Source: an uncultured Gammaproteobacteria bacterium (GTDB lineage Bacteria > Patescibacteriota > Patescibacteriia > UBA2196 > CAYSSY01). Taken from it: a stretch of 64,000 bases of DNA. Within the stretch, counting starts at the first letter, position 1; each line of letters opens with the position of its first letter. This document shows, piece by piece, positions 18,869 through 29,023 of the stretch. Below the pieces are notes generated by a model. That model did no database searches and was not told the DNA's origin. It saw only the letters and a program-made list of their open reading frames with translations. A program made the position numbers and the translations under genes. The DNA lies in the NCBI GenBank assembly GCA_964434055.1, contig CAYSSY010000001.1, forward strand, positions 5,094-69,093, written 5' to 3'.

Positions 18869-20635
18869 TTATTTTTTCTCCTCCAACTTGAGTCTGAATA
18901 ATAACTGCCAAAGATATGTTTGTAATTTGCCATAACTCCAAGTCTGGTTATCAATCCACGTATCGCCCCCTGCCAACACCTTTTCCAGATGATTAACAAC
19001 CGCTTGCCAACCACCAACTTCTCTGCTCACCTCTTCATTGATCACAAAAGGGTCAAAATCTGCAACTGTCTCTGCTATGGGAAGAATGTGGCAAGCACAA
19101 TAGAAAGATTCAGCTAAACCAGCTTCTTCATCTCCGATCGCACCAGCTGCTTCATACAATGAGTCAGCAAAGTCTTGGATTTCAGTGACTGAATACTCCG
19201 GTACCACAGTTGGGCCGCAAATATAGATTGTACCTTGACCAGTAGTGGCATCGTTGACCACTTCAATTGGTACCTGCCAAACCTTGATACAGCGATCAAA
19301 TTTGGCACAGCACTCAAGCTGATGTAAAAACGCCAAGTCAGTCTCAGTACCAATAAATAAGATATCCTCTCGGCTGCAGATCTGCTGAAAATGTTGTCCA
19401 CCGCGACCGCTAGTGTGGTTAAGAGAAGGGAGACCGGCGGAAATATGACCCACAGTATTATACTGAAGTTCCACTAACGCAGCAGCGTTATTGAAATGGG
19501 TATAACTTAACGTTGGAACACGTTCAAAGGATAATCCGGCCACTAAAGGACCAAAGCCAGAAAAACCTGTCTGGGGTACTATCAGCAGATAATTTTTGAG
19601 GATACCGTTAAGATATTCTAGCCAAGAAACATTTTCGTGCGTCCAACCATGTAAACCAGCCCGAACTACAACCTGACAAAACTTCTTGCCATGATTCACG
19701 ATGTCGGTCCCTTGGCACAAAATTACTTTACCTGTGGCTTCATGTGAAATCGGGTCAGGAATTTTATCCTCAAATGGTGCTGCTTGCACAACGGTGATCG
19801 CATCTGGATTAGTATCCGGTGTAGCCCATTCGAGATAATAATTTTTCTGGATTTTAAGTAAGCGCAACGCCTCCCAGAATTTTATCAGTGGCTCGGGTGA
19901 AAAACATCGCCGTAATTCATCAGGCACTGGAATTTCTTCACACTGTCCAGATTCAACATTTATTGCCTGTAAAGTACAAAGATGACTGAGGTTGTAACTG
20001 ATATCAAACATGGTTGGCAACTCTTTGCTAATAACCACCGCTTCAGAATCAACTGCTTTTGTCCCTAAACCCAGACAAACTCGGATTAAACGCTGACCTC
20101 CATAACTCGTGTAAGCACTGCCTGCCAGAAGCGGACAAAAGTACTTACCATAATGACGACCGACCACTGATTGAATCATGACTGCAATACCAAAAGGTGT
20201 ATAGTGTTTTTGGCGATAAGCTCTGGCGTCAGCGCTAAACTCACTGGCAAAAACTGTACATTCAGCCTGCCACAGGAGTTCAAGATTTGATTCCTGGTTT
20301 GCTTTGGGCACAATGAAAACTGTTTTATAAATACCAGTACCGCCCCGCTCACCTCTGGCTGAGGAACGGACAGCTACTGGATAACCTGTTTTGAACCCTG
20401 AAACTAATTCCTGATTAATTGTCAGAAGATCTGGCGGAATTCTGCCACTCAGAACCTGATCTTGATCAGTGTTTTGCTCAAAACCGTTTGTTGCCAAAAA
20501 AGATAAAAAATATTCAACCCCTACTATCTCACCGATAATCGCCTGTAAACCAGCCTGAGATACATCTTGAACAGCGTCTAACAAATCTTGAAATTTGAGA
20601 CCGCCGTCCTGACCGTGTAATTTGTAAAGAGCCAT
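18869..20635 (-). CDS. PEP/pyruvate-binding (PPDK N-terminal, ATP-grasp) domain protein
   Basis: VAVRSSARGERGGTGIYKTVF, AVMIQSVVG, GLGTKAV, LEWA, VVQA; AAGGAG SD before the ATG at 20635. Confidence 0.7.
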   Translation of the reverse strand: MALYKLHGQDGGLKFQDLLDAVQDVSQAGLQAIIGEIVGVEYFLSFLATNGFEQNTDQDQVLSGRIPPDLLTINQELVSGFKTGYPVAVRSSARGERGGTGIYKTVFIVPKANQESNLELLWQAECTVFASEFSADARAYRQKHYTPFGIAVMIQSVVGRHYGKYFCPLLAGSAYTSYGGQRLIRVCLGLGTKAVDSEAVVISKELPTMFDISYNLSHLCTLQAINVESGQCEEIPVPDELRRCFSPEPLIKFWEALRLLKIQKNYYLEWATPDTNPDAITVVQAAPFEDKIPDPISHEATGKVILCQGTDIVNHGKKFCQVVVRAGLHGWTHENVSWLEYLNGILKNYLLIVPQTGFSGFGPLVAGLSFERVPTLSYTHFNNAAALVELQYNTVGHISAGLPSLNHTSGRGGQHFQQICSREDILFIGTETDLAFLHQLECCAKFDRCIKVWQVPIEVVNDATTGQGTIYICGPTVVPEYSVTEIQDFADSLYEAAGAIGDEEAGLAESFYCACHILPIAETVADFDPFVINEEVSREVGGWQAVVNHLEKVLAGGDTWIDNQTWSYGKLQTYLWQLLFRLKLEEKK

Positions 20636-20897
20636 CTTAGTCTCCTTCAATTTTATTTTCCATAATCTCAACAGTCACATGTTACTTGAAGGTCAAAAAC
20701 TTGTCAATTTAAACTTTGATTATCATGACCCCAAACACAATTAAATAAAAGATCTAATTATTGGTTTTAATGCTAGTATTTTCAAGATTTTGACTAAATT
20801 GAAAAAACAAACCCTTGACAAGTAGCCAACTAACTCTACTATTAATATTAATAATTTTTCAATTCTAATAATTACCTATTAAAATCAGTATTAATTT

Positions 20898-22466
20898 ATG
20901 GAAACAGATACTAGGTCAAACGGTCAATTAGCAATCAAAAAAATAGGCACAAACGAAGTATTAAAAAAACTTAAAGAAAGTATCTTGATTCACAAACCAG
21001 TACTACGTCAGATTATCAATGATCACGGCGATAAATATATTAGCCAGTATGCTGAAAGTTATCATCAACTATCAATTAGTAAAAAAATAACCTCACGACA
21101 AATACAACTACTTAATACCTTTAATAAATATGTAGCAGACCGCCTTGATCAGTCGGTGGCAGATCAGGCTACGCAGCAGCTTAAAAAATCTTATTTTGTT
21201 TCTACTACTGATCATCATGGACCGTTAATTCATCCTTTTTTTGTTAATGGTAACCTAATCAGCGCCGCCTCACATCTCAGTCAAAATCCACAAGGACCAA
21301 ACAATGTCATTGTTTTTTCCTGTGCTAACGTATCTTTAAATAACTCATCTTTTCCGCGCGGCCTGCTTTTCCACCGGCTAGAAAAAAATAAAGCACACAT
21401 GGAACGACTGTCTTTCTATCCGGCCAGTGACCGACTGTGCCCTGTCTATGGTTTGCGACCTTATACCAGCAAAGATATCGATCGACTTGTCAAACAAATA
21501 AATAACTTGAATAAAAAAGGTAAACTCTCAAATAAAACCACGGCCGATATCCGCGAAATACTAACTGGTGTTATGGGAACAGAAAAAATACTCACAACCA
21601 AAAACTTTACTGATCAAGTTACAAAAATTAATTTTCAACTTTGGCAAATTTTCTTCCGCCGTAATAATCTTAATGCTATGAATCTGATCTATATTGATCA
21701 AGAGGGTTTAGTAAATGAGTTGTTACTTAACTACCACCTAGACAAAAATACACTGATCAATAAAATTCTATTCAATAATGAAGTCAGAAAACTCTGGTTG
21801 TTATATTTTGACGGTATCATCGGCTCGTTCAATACTGCTGATAAAATCGGCACTCATTTCTTTTGGGCAATACCACCGAATGAAAAATACCGTCAACAGC
21901 TCTGGTATAAAGACGGCCGTCTGCAAACAAGTGATGGTAGTTATTCTCTGGATTTAAATCCACAAACAATCAGACAGGCAATTCTCAATAAAGAAATTAT
22001 GCCCGGCATGGCATTAACCTTTACCATACTGGCTTTTTATTACGGTTTAAAATGTTTAGGTGGCTTTAGTCAGGTCAATTATCTAAGTGAGATGAAAGCT
22101 AGTTTCCTGAAACTAATCACTGACATCAACGACATAGAAAGCCGGGAAATAAGCCAAGGAGTAATTACCAATGAATTATGTGGAGAGGTAACTTTAGCCT
22201 TCATTCAAAGCCCAGGACAATTTATTCATCCCGCTACCTTTATAGATTTGTTGCTCTATGGCGACAGAAGCACCTGGCAAAAAATTACTCAACTAATGAA
22301 ACAAATAAAACTTGAAGAGGCTCTCGACCCTTTAATGCCTGAGCTTTACCGCATTGTCTATAGTGATCAAGAACGTTTAACGTTTTTAACCGATATTACC
22401 CCTGAACATATTATTCAAGAAACCAAACTAGGTAAAAAAATACATCCTTGCGCTTTTCTTGTTTAG
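20898..22466 (+). CDS. Hypothetical protein, probable enzyme
   Basis: 522-aa ORF with conserved-looking motifs STTDHHGP, SLNNSSFPRG, LGGFSQVNYL; TTGACA-17-TATTAA-like promoter upstream. Confidence 0.8.
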   Translation: METDTRSNGQLAIKKIGTNEVLKKLKESILIHKPVLRQIINDHGDKYISQYAESYHQLSISKKITSRQIQLLNTFNKYVADRLDQSVADQATQQLKKSYFVSTTDHHGPLIHPFFVNGNLISAASHLSQNPQGPNNVIVFSCANVSLNNSSFPRGLLFHRLEKNKAHMERLSFYPASDRLCPVYGLRPYTSKDIDRLVKQINNLNKKGKLSNKTTADIREILTGVMGTEKILTTKNFTDQVTKINFQLWQIFFRRNNLNAMNLIYIDQEGLVNELLLNYHLDKNTLINKILFNNEVRKLWLLYFDGIIGSFNTADKIGTHFFWAIPPNEKYRQQLWYKDGRLQTSDGSYSLDLNPQTIRQAILNKEIMPGMALTFTILAFYYGLKCLGGFSQVNYLSEMKASFLKLITDINDIESREISQGVITNELCGEVTLAFIQSPGQFIHPATFIDLLLYGDRSTWQKITQLMKQIKLEEALDPLMPELYRIVYSDQERLTFLTDITPEHIIQETKLGKKIHPCAFLV

Positions 22467-22603
22467 AATTATCCAATAAACCAATAACTTAACTTGGCTA
22501 AACTATTGGTTTTTTGTCTATAAAATATTATTATTGTATAATATATCTATCCAATTATAACTAACCCACAGCTCCCAAGAGAGCTTGACGATAATATAAA
22601 AAT

Positions 22604-23080
22604 ATGGCCACAAAATTTTTCAACAAACTTATTGGCTTACAAGATAATAATGACGACGAAATAATAGATAAAAGCCAGGAAGAAAAAAAGACAGCAAATG
22701 AAGATTTGCCACTGGCTCCTAAAAATTCGGCTTGGCCAGCTACTGATGAAGAAGGTCAATTATCAGTTGATGTTTACCAAACTGAAAATTCTTTGATTAT
22801 CAAATCGACAATTGCTGGTGTTAAGCCTGAAGATCTAGATATTGCCATCAATAATGACATGGTCACCATAAAAGGCGAACGCAAACACGAAAAGGAAATC
22901 AAAGAGAGTGATTATTTCTATCAGGAATGCTACTGGGGCAGTTTTTCTAGATCGATTATTCTGCCAATGGAAGTTGTAGCAGATGAAGCTGATGCTTCCT
23001 TAAAAAATGGTGTTTTAACTATAACTTTACCTAAGGCAAGAAAAAGTCAGTCAGTTGCAATCAAGATAAAAACAGATTAA
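22604..23080 (+). CDS. Hsp20/alpha-crystallin small heat shock protein
   Basis: VDVYQT, AGVKPEDLDI, GSFSRSIILP, LKNGVLTITLPK. Confidence 0.93.
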   Translation: MATKFFNKLIGLQDNNDDEIIDKSQEEKKTANEDLPLAPKNSAWPATDEEGQLSVDVYQTENSLIIKSTIAGVKPEDLDIAINNDMVTIKGERKHEKEIKESDYFYQECYWGSFSRSIILPMEVVADEADASLKNGVLTITLPKARKSQSVAIKIKTD

Positions 23081-23087
23081 TAAAATT

Positions 23088-23318
23088 ATGAATGAAGTTA
23101 TAAATTATCTTAAAGTTACCCTAGACCGTTTCGAGGGTAAAGATGCTATTCTGATTTCTGAATCAGGGCAACAATTTAATTGGCCTTTAAAAAATCTGCC
23201 AGATGACGCCAAAGAAGGCGATCAATTCCATCTAATACTGGCTAACTCGGAATCAGAAAAAGAAGAAAAGGAAAAAAAAGCTAAGGCTCTCCTTAATGAA
23301 ATTTTAAAAAATGAATAG
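23088..23318 (+). CDS. DUF3006-like protein
   Basis: LDRFEGKDAIL, LPDDAKEGD. Confidence 0.8.
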   Translation: MNEVINYLKVTLDRFEGKDAILISESGQQFNWPLKNLPDDAKEGDQFHLILANSESEKEEKEKKAKALLNEILKNE

Positions 23319-25196
23319 ATGCCAACTTTAAAAATTAAAACGGTCACCGAGCATAATAAAAAAAACAATGTTGCATTAGTGGCAACTGTTTTTTTGATAT
23401 TTTTTTTACTCACAACGGTCGGTTTTAATCTGGTCTATGATTTAATTTTTAAAAACAAAGTTTATTCACAGATTATGATAGGCGATTGGGATTTGGGTGG
23501 TCAATCAAGTCAGGTCGCTCTCGATATTTTAGAACAAAAAACAGGCACACTAAAAAATAATGGTTTTAGTTTACAAGTTAACAATGAAAAAAAAATCACT
23601 ATTTTACCGATTGTCTCTTCACTCTCAGACCCTGACTTAAGTTATGAATTAATTAGTTTCCAAAACAAAGAAACCATTGATCATGCCTACAATCAAGGCC
23701 GAAGCAATAATCTAATAACTAATTATCTTTTCAAAATCAAATCACTTTTTGTACCAACACCAATAACACTTATTTATCAAATAGATAGACAAAAATTATT
23801 AACTATAATTAGAAGCAGTCTTGAATCCCAAAAAAAACCAGCTCAAAATGCGACTATCAAATTCATTGGCGATGAAATAGTAATTTTGCCGGAGGAACAA
23901 GGCACAATTTTTGATTACGAACAAGTATTAAAAGAAATTGAACTACGCCTAAAAAACCTAACTAATCAACCAATAAATATATTGGCTCAGGTCGATTTAC
24001 CTAAAGTAAAACAACAAGAGGCTCAAAACTTAATTCCGGCTATTAAACAGATAATGAACACTTCAACACCAGTACTTTATTTTAATACTGCTGCAGACGG
24101 TCAAAAAGAAAAAAAGTTAACTTGGGCAATATCTTTAGCTGAAATAAAAAAATGGCTGGTTTTTGATAAATTAGATAGCAATGATGTTATTTTAAACTTT
24201 AATTCAGAATTGGCAATTGATTTTTTTACACCAATCAGTCAAGAAGTAAATCTACCAGTTCAAGAAGCAAAATTCGAAGTTAATAACGGCCGGGTAACAA
24301 AGTTCCAGACTTCGCGTGACGGACGAGAACTTGATCTGGAAAAAACATTAGAAAAATTACGCCATGATTATCTGATTAGTAATAAAAAAGAAGTTGAGTT
24401 GGTAATTAAAAGCACAAAATCAAAAATTACTACAGTTAGTGATATTAATGATTTGGGGATTAGCGAAATTATTGGTATCGGAAGATCAAATTTTGCCGGT
24501 TCACCAAAAAATAGGAGACACAATATAAAAACAGGGGCAGAGAGTATAAATGGGCTATTGATCAAACCAGAAGAAGAATTCTCGCTAAATAAAGCTTTGG
24601 GGAACATCGACGCTTCAACGGGTTATCTGCCGGAATTAGTTATAAAAGGAGATCGCACTATACCTGAGTACGGAGGTGGTTTGTGTCAAATCGGCACCAC
24701 CATGTTTCGAGCAGCTCTTGATAGTGGCTTACCAATAACTGAAAGAAAAAATCATTCTTATCGTGTCAGATATTACGAACCGGCTGGCACTGATGCTACT
24801 ATTTATTCACCTCATCCCGATTTGCGTTTTATGAATGACACAAAAAATTATTTACTTCTACAGACAAAAATCGAGGGCGATGATCTTATTTTTGAGCTCT
24901 GGGGACAAAACGATGGACGACATGCAACCACGACCCCTTCTAAAATATATAATTTCATTGCCCCGCCTCCGAGCAAAACAATCGAAACTGAAGATCTAAA
25001 ACCGGGTGAAAAAAAATGCACCGAACACGCGATTACTGGTGCCACCGCTGAATTTACCTACACCATTAACTATCCAGACGGAAGAAAGATAGAAAATATT
25101 TTTAAAAGCGTCTACCGACCGTGGCAAGAGGTTTGTCTAATCGGCATTGACCCAACAAAAAAAGTTGCCACCACTACTTCAGAAACTATCCCCTAA
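23319..25196 (+). CDS. VanW family protein with peptidoglycan-binding repeats
   Basis: N-terminal TM, RRHNI, FSLN, YGGGLCQIGTTMFRAAL..GLPITERKNHS, GTDAT. Confidence 0.9.
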   Translation: MPTLKIKTVTEHNKKNNVALVATVFLIFFLLTTVGFNLVYDLIFKNKVYSQIMIGDWDLGGQSSQVALDILEQKTGTLKNNGFSLQVNNEKKITILPIVSSLSDPDLSYELISFQNKETIDHAYNQGRSNNLITNYLFKIKSLFVPTPITLIYQIDRQKLLTIIRSSLESQKKPAQNATIKFIGDEIVILPEEQGTIFDYEQVLKEIELRLKNLTNQPINILAQVDLPKVKQQEAQNLIPAIKQIMNTSTPVLYFNTAADGQKEKKLTWAISLAEIKKWLVFDKLDSNDVILNFNSELAIDFFTPISQEVNLPVQEAKFEVNNGRVTKFQTSRDGRELDLEKTLEKLRHDYLISNKKEVELVIKSTKSKITTVSDINDLGISEIIGIGRSNFAGSPKNRRHNIKTGAESINGLLIKPEEEFSLNKALGNIDASTGYLPELVIKGDRTIPEYGGGLCQIGTTMFRAALDSGLPITERKNHSYRVRYYEPAGTDATIYSPHPDLRFMNDTKNYLLLQTKIEGDDLIFELWGQNDGRHATTTPSKIYNFIAPPPSKTIETEDLKPGEKKCTEHAITGATAEFTYTINYPDGRKIENIFKSVYRPWQEVCLIGIDPTKKVATTTSETIP

Positions 25197-25557
25197 AAAA
25201 ATAACCCCAGATTACTCTGGGGTTTAATTTTCTACTCTAACCTTTAGGCGATATTTTAAGTTTATAGGGAAACTTTTAGGGAATTGATGTTAGTTTTATT
25301 TCTAATAATTTAGAATTAAAAAGCTAACTTAATTTAAAAGGTCGAGTTTCTCGCCTAAAGGTTAGAACCGAAAATTATCCCGGTGAGTCTGCAGGCAAGA
25401 AAACCTTTATACAGGCATAATCGAGGTAAAACCCAGATAAGCCTAACAAAGGTCCCCATGCTCGTCGTGCCTGCAGACTAACCAGGATAATGAACAAATC
25501 CATAAAAATTAAAAAAATAGCTTTAATTAGCTAAAATATTTCAATTTCAAAGTTTAA
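25196..25557 (-). ncRNA. Candidate structured RNA with two tandem rod domains
   Basis: TTGACA-17-TATAGT promoter (25592-25564), stems 25374-97/25468-91 and 25236-51/25351-66, terminator at ~25196-25224. Confidence 0.6.
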
Positions 25558-25650
25558 CAAATAACTATAGCACTCTGGTTAATTCTTGTCAAGATTAGAT
25601 AAAAATATTAAAATAAAAAGATAAAAAATAATTAAAATAAATCTGACATT

Positions 25651-27048
25651 ATGGCAACAAAAGAATCAAGACTTCTCTTTAATAGACCGAATTTTTGGGA
25701 AGAAGCTAATCCAAAGACAATAAAAGAGGCCTTTAGTTTTTCTGAAAACTACAAAAATTTTCTTAATAATGCCAAAACAGAAAAACAGGTTATAAATGAA
25801 TGTATAAAAAGTGCTTTAAAAAAGGGGTTTAAAATATCTGAACTAAACATCCCATCAGCAAATGCTCGGGATAATAAAAAATTTATTTTTATTAATCGCA
25901 ATAAAAGTGCTATATTTGTTTCTCTCGGCAAGAAAAAACTCGTCAGCGGTGCTAATTTTATTATTGCTCACGTCGATGCGCCACATCTCGACCTAAAAGT
26001 TAGACCACTTTATGAAGATAGCGGTATTGCTTATTTTAAACCTCATTATTACGGTGGTATAAAAAAATATCATTGGCCAGCAATACCTCTTAGTCTTCAT
26101 GGCACTGTTATTTTAAAAAATGGCCAAGAGATAGAAATTAATATCGGTAACAAAGATAACGATCAAATATTTGTTATATCCGATTTACTTCCCCATTTGG
26201 ATAGTGACCGTCTTGATCGCCCTCTAAATAAAGCAGTCGAGGCAGAAGACCTAAATATCATTGTCGGCTCGATACCTGTTAAAAATAAAAAAATAAAGAC
26301 TCGTGTAAAACTAACGGTACTGGAATGGTTAAACAAGAATTATCAGATGGACGAGGAAGATCTATTTACGGCTGACTTAAGATTTGTACCAGCTTGGTCA
26401 GCTAAAGATGTTGGTTTTGATCGTAGTTTAGTAGCCAGTTATGGTCAAGACGACCGAGCATGTGTTTATACTGGTTTCCAAGCTTTTCTTGACGCAAAAA
26501 ACGAACAACAAACAAAAATATGTTATCTTGTTGATAAAGAAGAGATCGGCAGTGTTGGCACAACCAGTGCAGATTCTAATTTTTTAGAAAATTCGATTGA
26601 ACATTTAATTAGCCTGACAAATAGCTCCTTGAGTGTTAATGATTTTTTGCGACTTTCACAAGGTGTTTCCGCTGATACAACAGCAGCCTTTGATCCTGAT
26701 TATAAAAGTGTCTATGATCCTCACAATTCAATCCATTTAGGTAAAGGTGTGGCGATTGAAAAATATCTTGGTCGGGGCGGTAAATATTTTACCATTGAAG
26801 CAGAACCAATATTTATCAGAAAAATTCTAAATATTTTCAAAAAAAATAATATCATTTGGCAAACCGGCCATTTAGGGAAAGTTGACCAAGGTGGCGGTGG
26901 CTCTATCGCTGGTTATTTAGCAAGACGTAATATGGAAATAGTTGACATGGGACCACCACTTCTAAATCTACACTCACCTTGTGAATTGTCATCAAAAGCA
27001 GACATTTACTCAGCATATAGAGCTTATAAGGTTTTCATGGAAAATTAA
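25651..27048 (+). CDS. M18 family aminopeptidase
   Basis: AHVDAPHLDLK, HYYGGIKKYHW, YGQDDR, DKEEIGS, GGGGSIA, LHSP.E. Confidence 0.92.
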   Translation: MATKESRLLFNRPNFWEEANPKTIKEAFSFSENYKNFLNNAKTEKQVINECIKSALKKGFKISELNIPSANARDNKKFIFINRNKSAIFVSLGKKKLVSGANFIIAHVDAPHLDLKVRPLYEDSGIAYFKPHYYGGIKKYHWPAIPLSLHGTVILKNGQEIEINIGNKDNDQIFVISDLLPHLDSDRLDRPLNKAVEAEDLNIIVGSIPVKNKKIKTRVKLTVLEWLNKNYQMDEEDLFTADLRFVPAWSAKDVGFDRSLVASYGQDDRACVYTGFQAFLDAKNEQQTKICYLVDKEEIGSVGTTSADSNFLENSIEHLISLTNSSLSVNDFLRLSQGVSADTTAAFDPDYKSVYDPHNSIHLGKGVAIEKYLGRGGKYFTIEAEPIFIRKILNIFKKNNIIWQTGHLGKVDQGGGGSIAGYLARRNMEIVDMGPPLLNLHSPCELSSKADIYSAYRAYKVFMEN

Positions 27049-27143
27049 TAATTATAAAACCGCTTCTACTTACAAGAAAAGCGGTTTTTTAATTGCCAAA
27101 AACTGTTTAATAATGGTAAAATTTACTTATAAAATTTGAATTT

Positions 27144-28166
27144 ATGACTAACAACCGCCTAATTACTTCCCGGGAAAAACCGGAAGATAAAGTACTTGAT
27201 CAAACTTTAAGACCGCACTCGCTCGATGACTTTATTGGACAGAATAAAATTAAACAAAATTTAGAGATTCTAATTCAAGCTGCTAAAAATCGCCGAGAGG
27301 CTTTAGATCATATTCTGATTTATGGCTCACCGGGTCTAGGAAAAACAAGTCTCGCTCATATTATTGCTCATGAAATCGGAAGTAATATAAAGATTACATC
27401 GGGCCCGGCCATTGAACGTGCTGGCGACCTGGCGGCTATTTTAACCAATATGGAACAAGGTGATGTTTTATTTATTGATGAATTACATCGCCTTAACCGC
27501 ACTATTGAAGAAATACTTTATCCAGCCATGGAAGATTATGCTCTAGATATAGTTATTGGTAAGGGTCCATCAGCCAGAACTCTAAGACTTGATTTGCCTC
27601 ACTTCACTTTGATTGGTGCGACAACTCGTTTAAGTCTTCTCTCTTCTCCACTACGTAATCGCTTTGGTTCAACTTACCGAGTTGATTATTACACTGAGGA
27701 AGAAATTAAAAATATTATTTTACGTTCAGCTAAAATTTTAGGAGTAAAATTCGACCATGATTCGGCTTTAGAAATTGCCAAAAGATCAAGAAAAACACCG
27801 CGTGTAGCCAACCGACTTTTAAAAAGAGTGCGTGATTATGCCCAGGTTAAAGCTGATGGTAATATTAATCAAAAAACATGTGTGCAAGCTCTGGAAATGC
27901 TTGAAGTTGATGAATTGGGTCTTGATGAAATTGATCGCCGTATATTAACAGCTATTATTGAAAAATTTTCTGGTGGTCCAGTAGGCTTAAACACCTTGGC
28001 GGCAGCGGTTTCTGAAGAGACATCAACTCTAGAAGATATCTATGAACCTTTTTTGATGCAACTCGGTTTTATGGCTAGAACTCCCCGAGGCCGAATCGCC
28101 ACGGAATCAGCCTATCAACACTTAAAATTAGCACTCCCTAGTGGCACAATAAAAAAGATGTTCTAA
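27144..28166 (+). CDS. ruvB: Holliday junction branch migration helicase RuvB
   Basis: [51 protein letters not shown]. Confidence 0.98.
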   Translation: MTNNRLITSREKPEDKVLDQTLRPHSLDDFIGQNKIKQNLEILIQAAKNRREALDHILIYGSPGLGKTSLAHIIAHEIGSNIKITSGPAIERAGDLAAILTNMEQGDVLFIDELHRLNRTIEEILYPAMEDYALDIVIGKGPSARTLRLDLPHFTLIGATTRLSLLSSPLRNRFGSTYRVDYYTEEEIKNIILRSAKILGVKFDHDSALEIAKRSRKTPRVANRLLKRVRDYAQVKADGNINQKTCVQALEMLEVDELGLDEIDRRILTAIIEKFSGGPVGLNTLAAAVSEETSTLEDIYEPFLMQLGFMARTPRGRIATESAYQHLKLALPSGTIKKMF

Positions 28167-28176
28167 TTTAAAAAAT

Positions 28177-28437
28177 ATGGAAATATCTTTAACAATCTTT
28201 TTAATAATCTATTTCATCTTGGTCACTGTTTTTATTGTTTTTGCTTTTTTTAATATTTATCACGCTATTCGCTTTGGTTATGCCTCCTGGACCAATATTT
28301 TATCACTAATTATTTTCTTGGGTATGACTTTAGTGCTGCTTTTCTTGTCCTTCGCCTTTATCGTCAAGACTGACTGGAATCGCACTATTATTGTTTTTGA
28401 AAATTTTGATTTTATAGAAAAATTCTTTTTATTTTAA
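28177..28437 (+). CDS. Small two-TM hypothetical protein
   Basis: Two hydrophobic segments around FNIYHAIRFG; operonic spacing. Confidence 0.75.
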   Translation: MEISLTIFLIIYFILVTVFIVFAFFNIYHAIRFGYASWTNILSLIIFLGMTLVLLFLSFAFIVKTDWNRTIIVFENFDFIEKFFLF

Positions 28438-28441
28438 ATTT

Positions 28442-29020
28442 ATGCTCCCAGCACAATACCTTCCCAATCCACAGCCTGATGAAGAAATTATCATTTTTTT
28501 GAGACGTAATATTTTTATTCTAATTAAACATATACTCACTTACCTGGTAATTTTTCTTGTTCCATTAGCTGTTTATTTGTTAGCAAACTTATATCTCCCA
28601 CAATTAATTGAAAAAGATGTTATCTCTGATTTATTAACTTTGCTAATGTTTCTTTATTTCTTATTTACCTGGCTTTTCTTTTACCGCGGTTTTTTGGATT
28701 ATTTCTTGGACGTCTGGATTGTTACCAACTACCGGATTTTAAGCATTGAACAAAGTGATTTATTCCACCGGACAGTAGCTGAACAAAAACTTTTTAGAAT
28801 TCAGGATGTTACTTCCCAACAAAAAGGCCTGTTACCAACTTTTATTAACTATGGTGATGTCTATATACAAACAGCCGCTGAACAGATGCGCTTTGTTTTT
28901 GAAGAAGTTTCAAACCCTCATAAAATTGCTCGAGAAATAACCCAACTTGTTGATTGGCAAAAAAAAGAACATGAAAAGGAACAACGCCGTTATAATAAAA
29001 ATATGGAATTAACCGATTAA
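28442..29020 (+). CDS. Membrane protein with bacterial PH domain
   Basis: Two TM helices, then WIVTNYRI..IEQ..LF, IQDVT, NYGDVYIQTA. Confidence 0.82.
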   Translation: MLPAQYLPNPQPDEEIIIFLRRNIFILIKHILTYLVIFLVPLAVYLLANLYLPQLIEKDVISDLLTLLMFLYFLFTWLFFYRGFLDYFLDVWIVTNYRILSIEQSDLFHRTVAEQKLFRIQDVTSQQKGLLPTFINYGDVYIQTAAEQMRFVFEEVSNPHKIAREITQLVDWQKKEHEKEQRRYNKNMELTD

Positions 29021-29023
29021 CTA

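Noticed and set aside
25566-25593. CIRCE-like TAGCACTC
   Set aside because: Only one half-site; the other arm of TTAGCACTC-N9-GAGTGCTAA is absent
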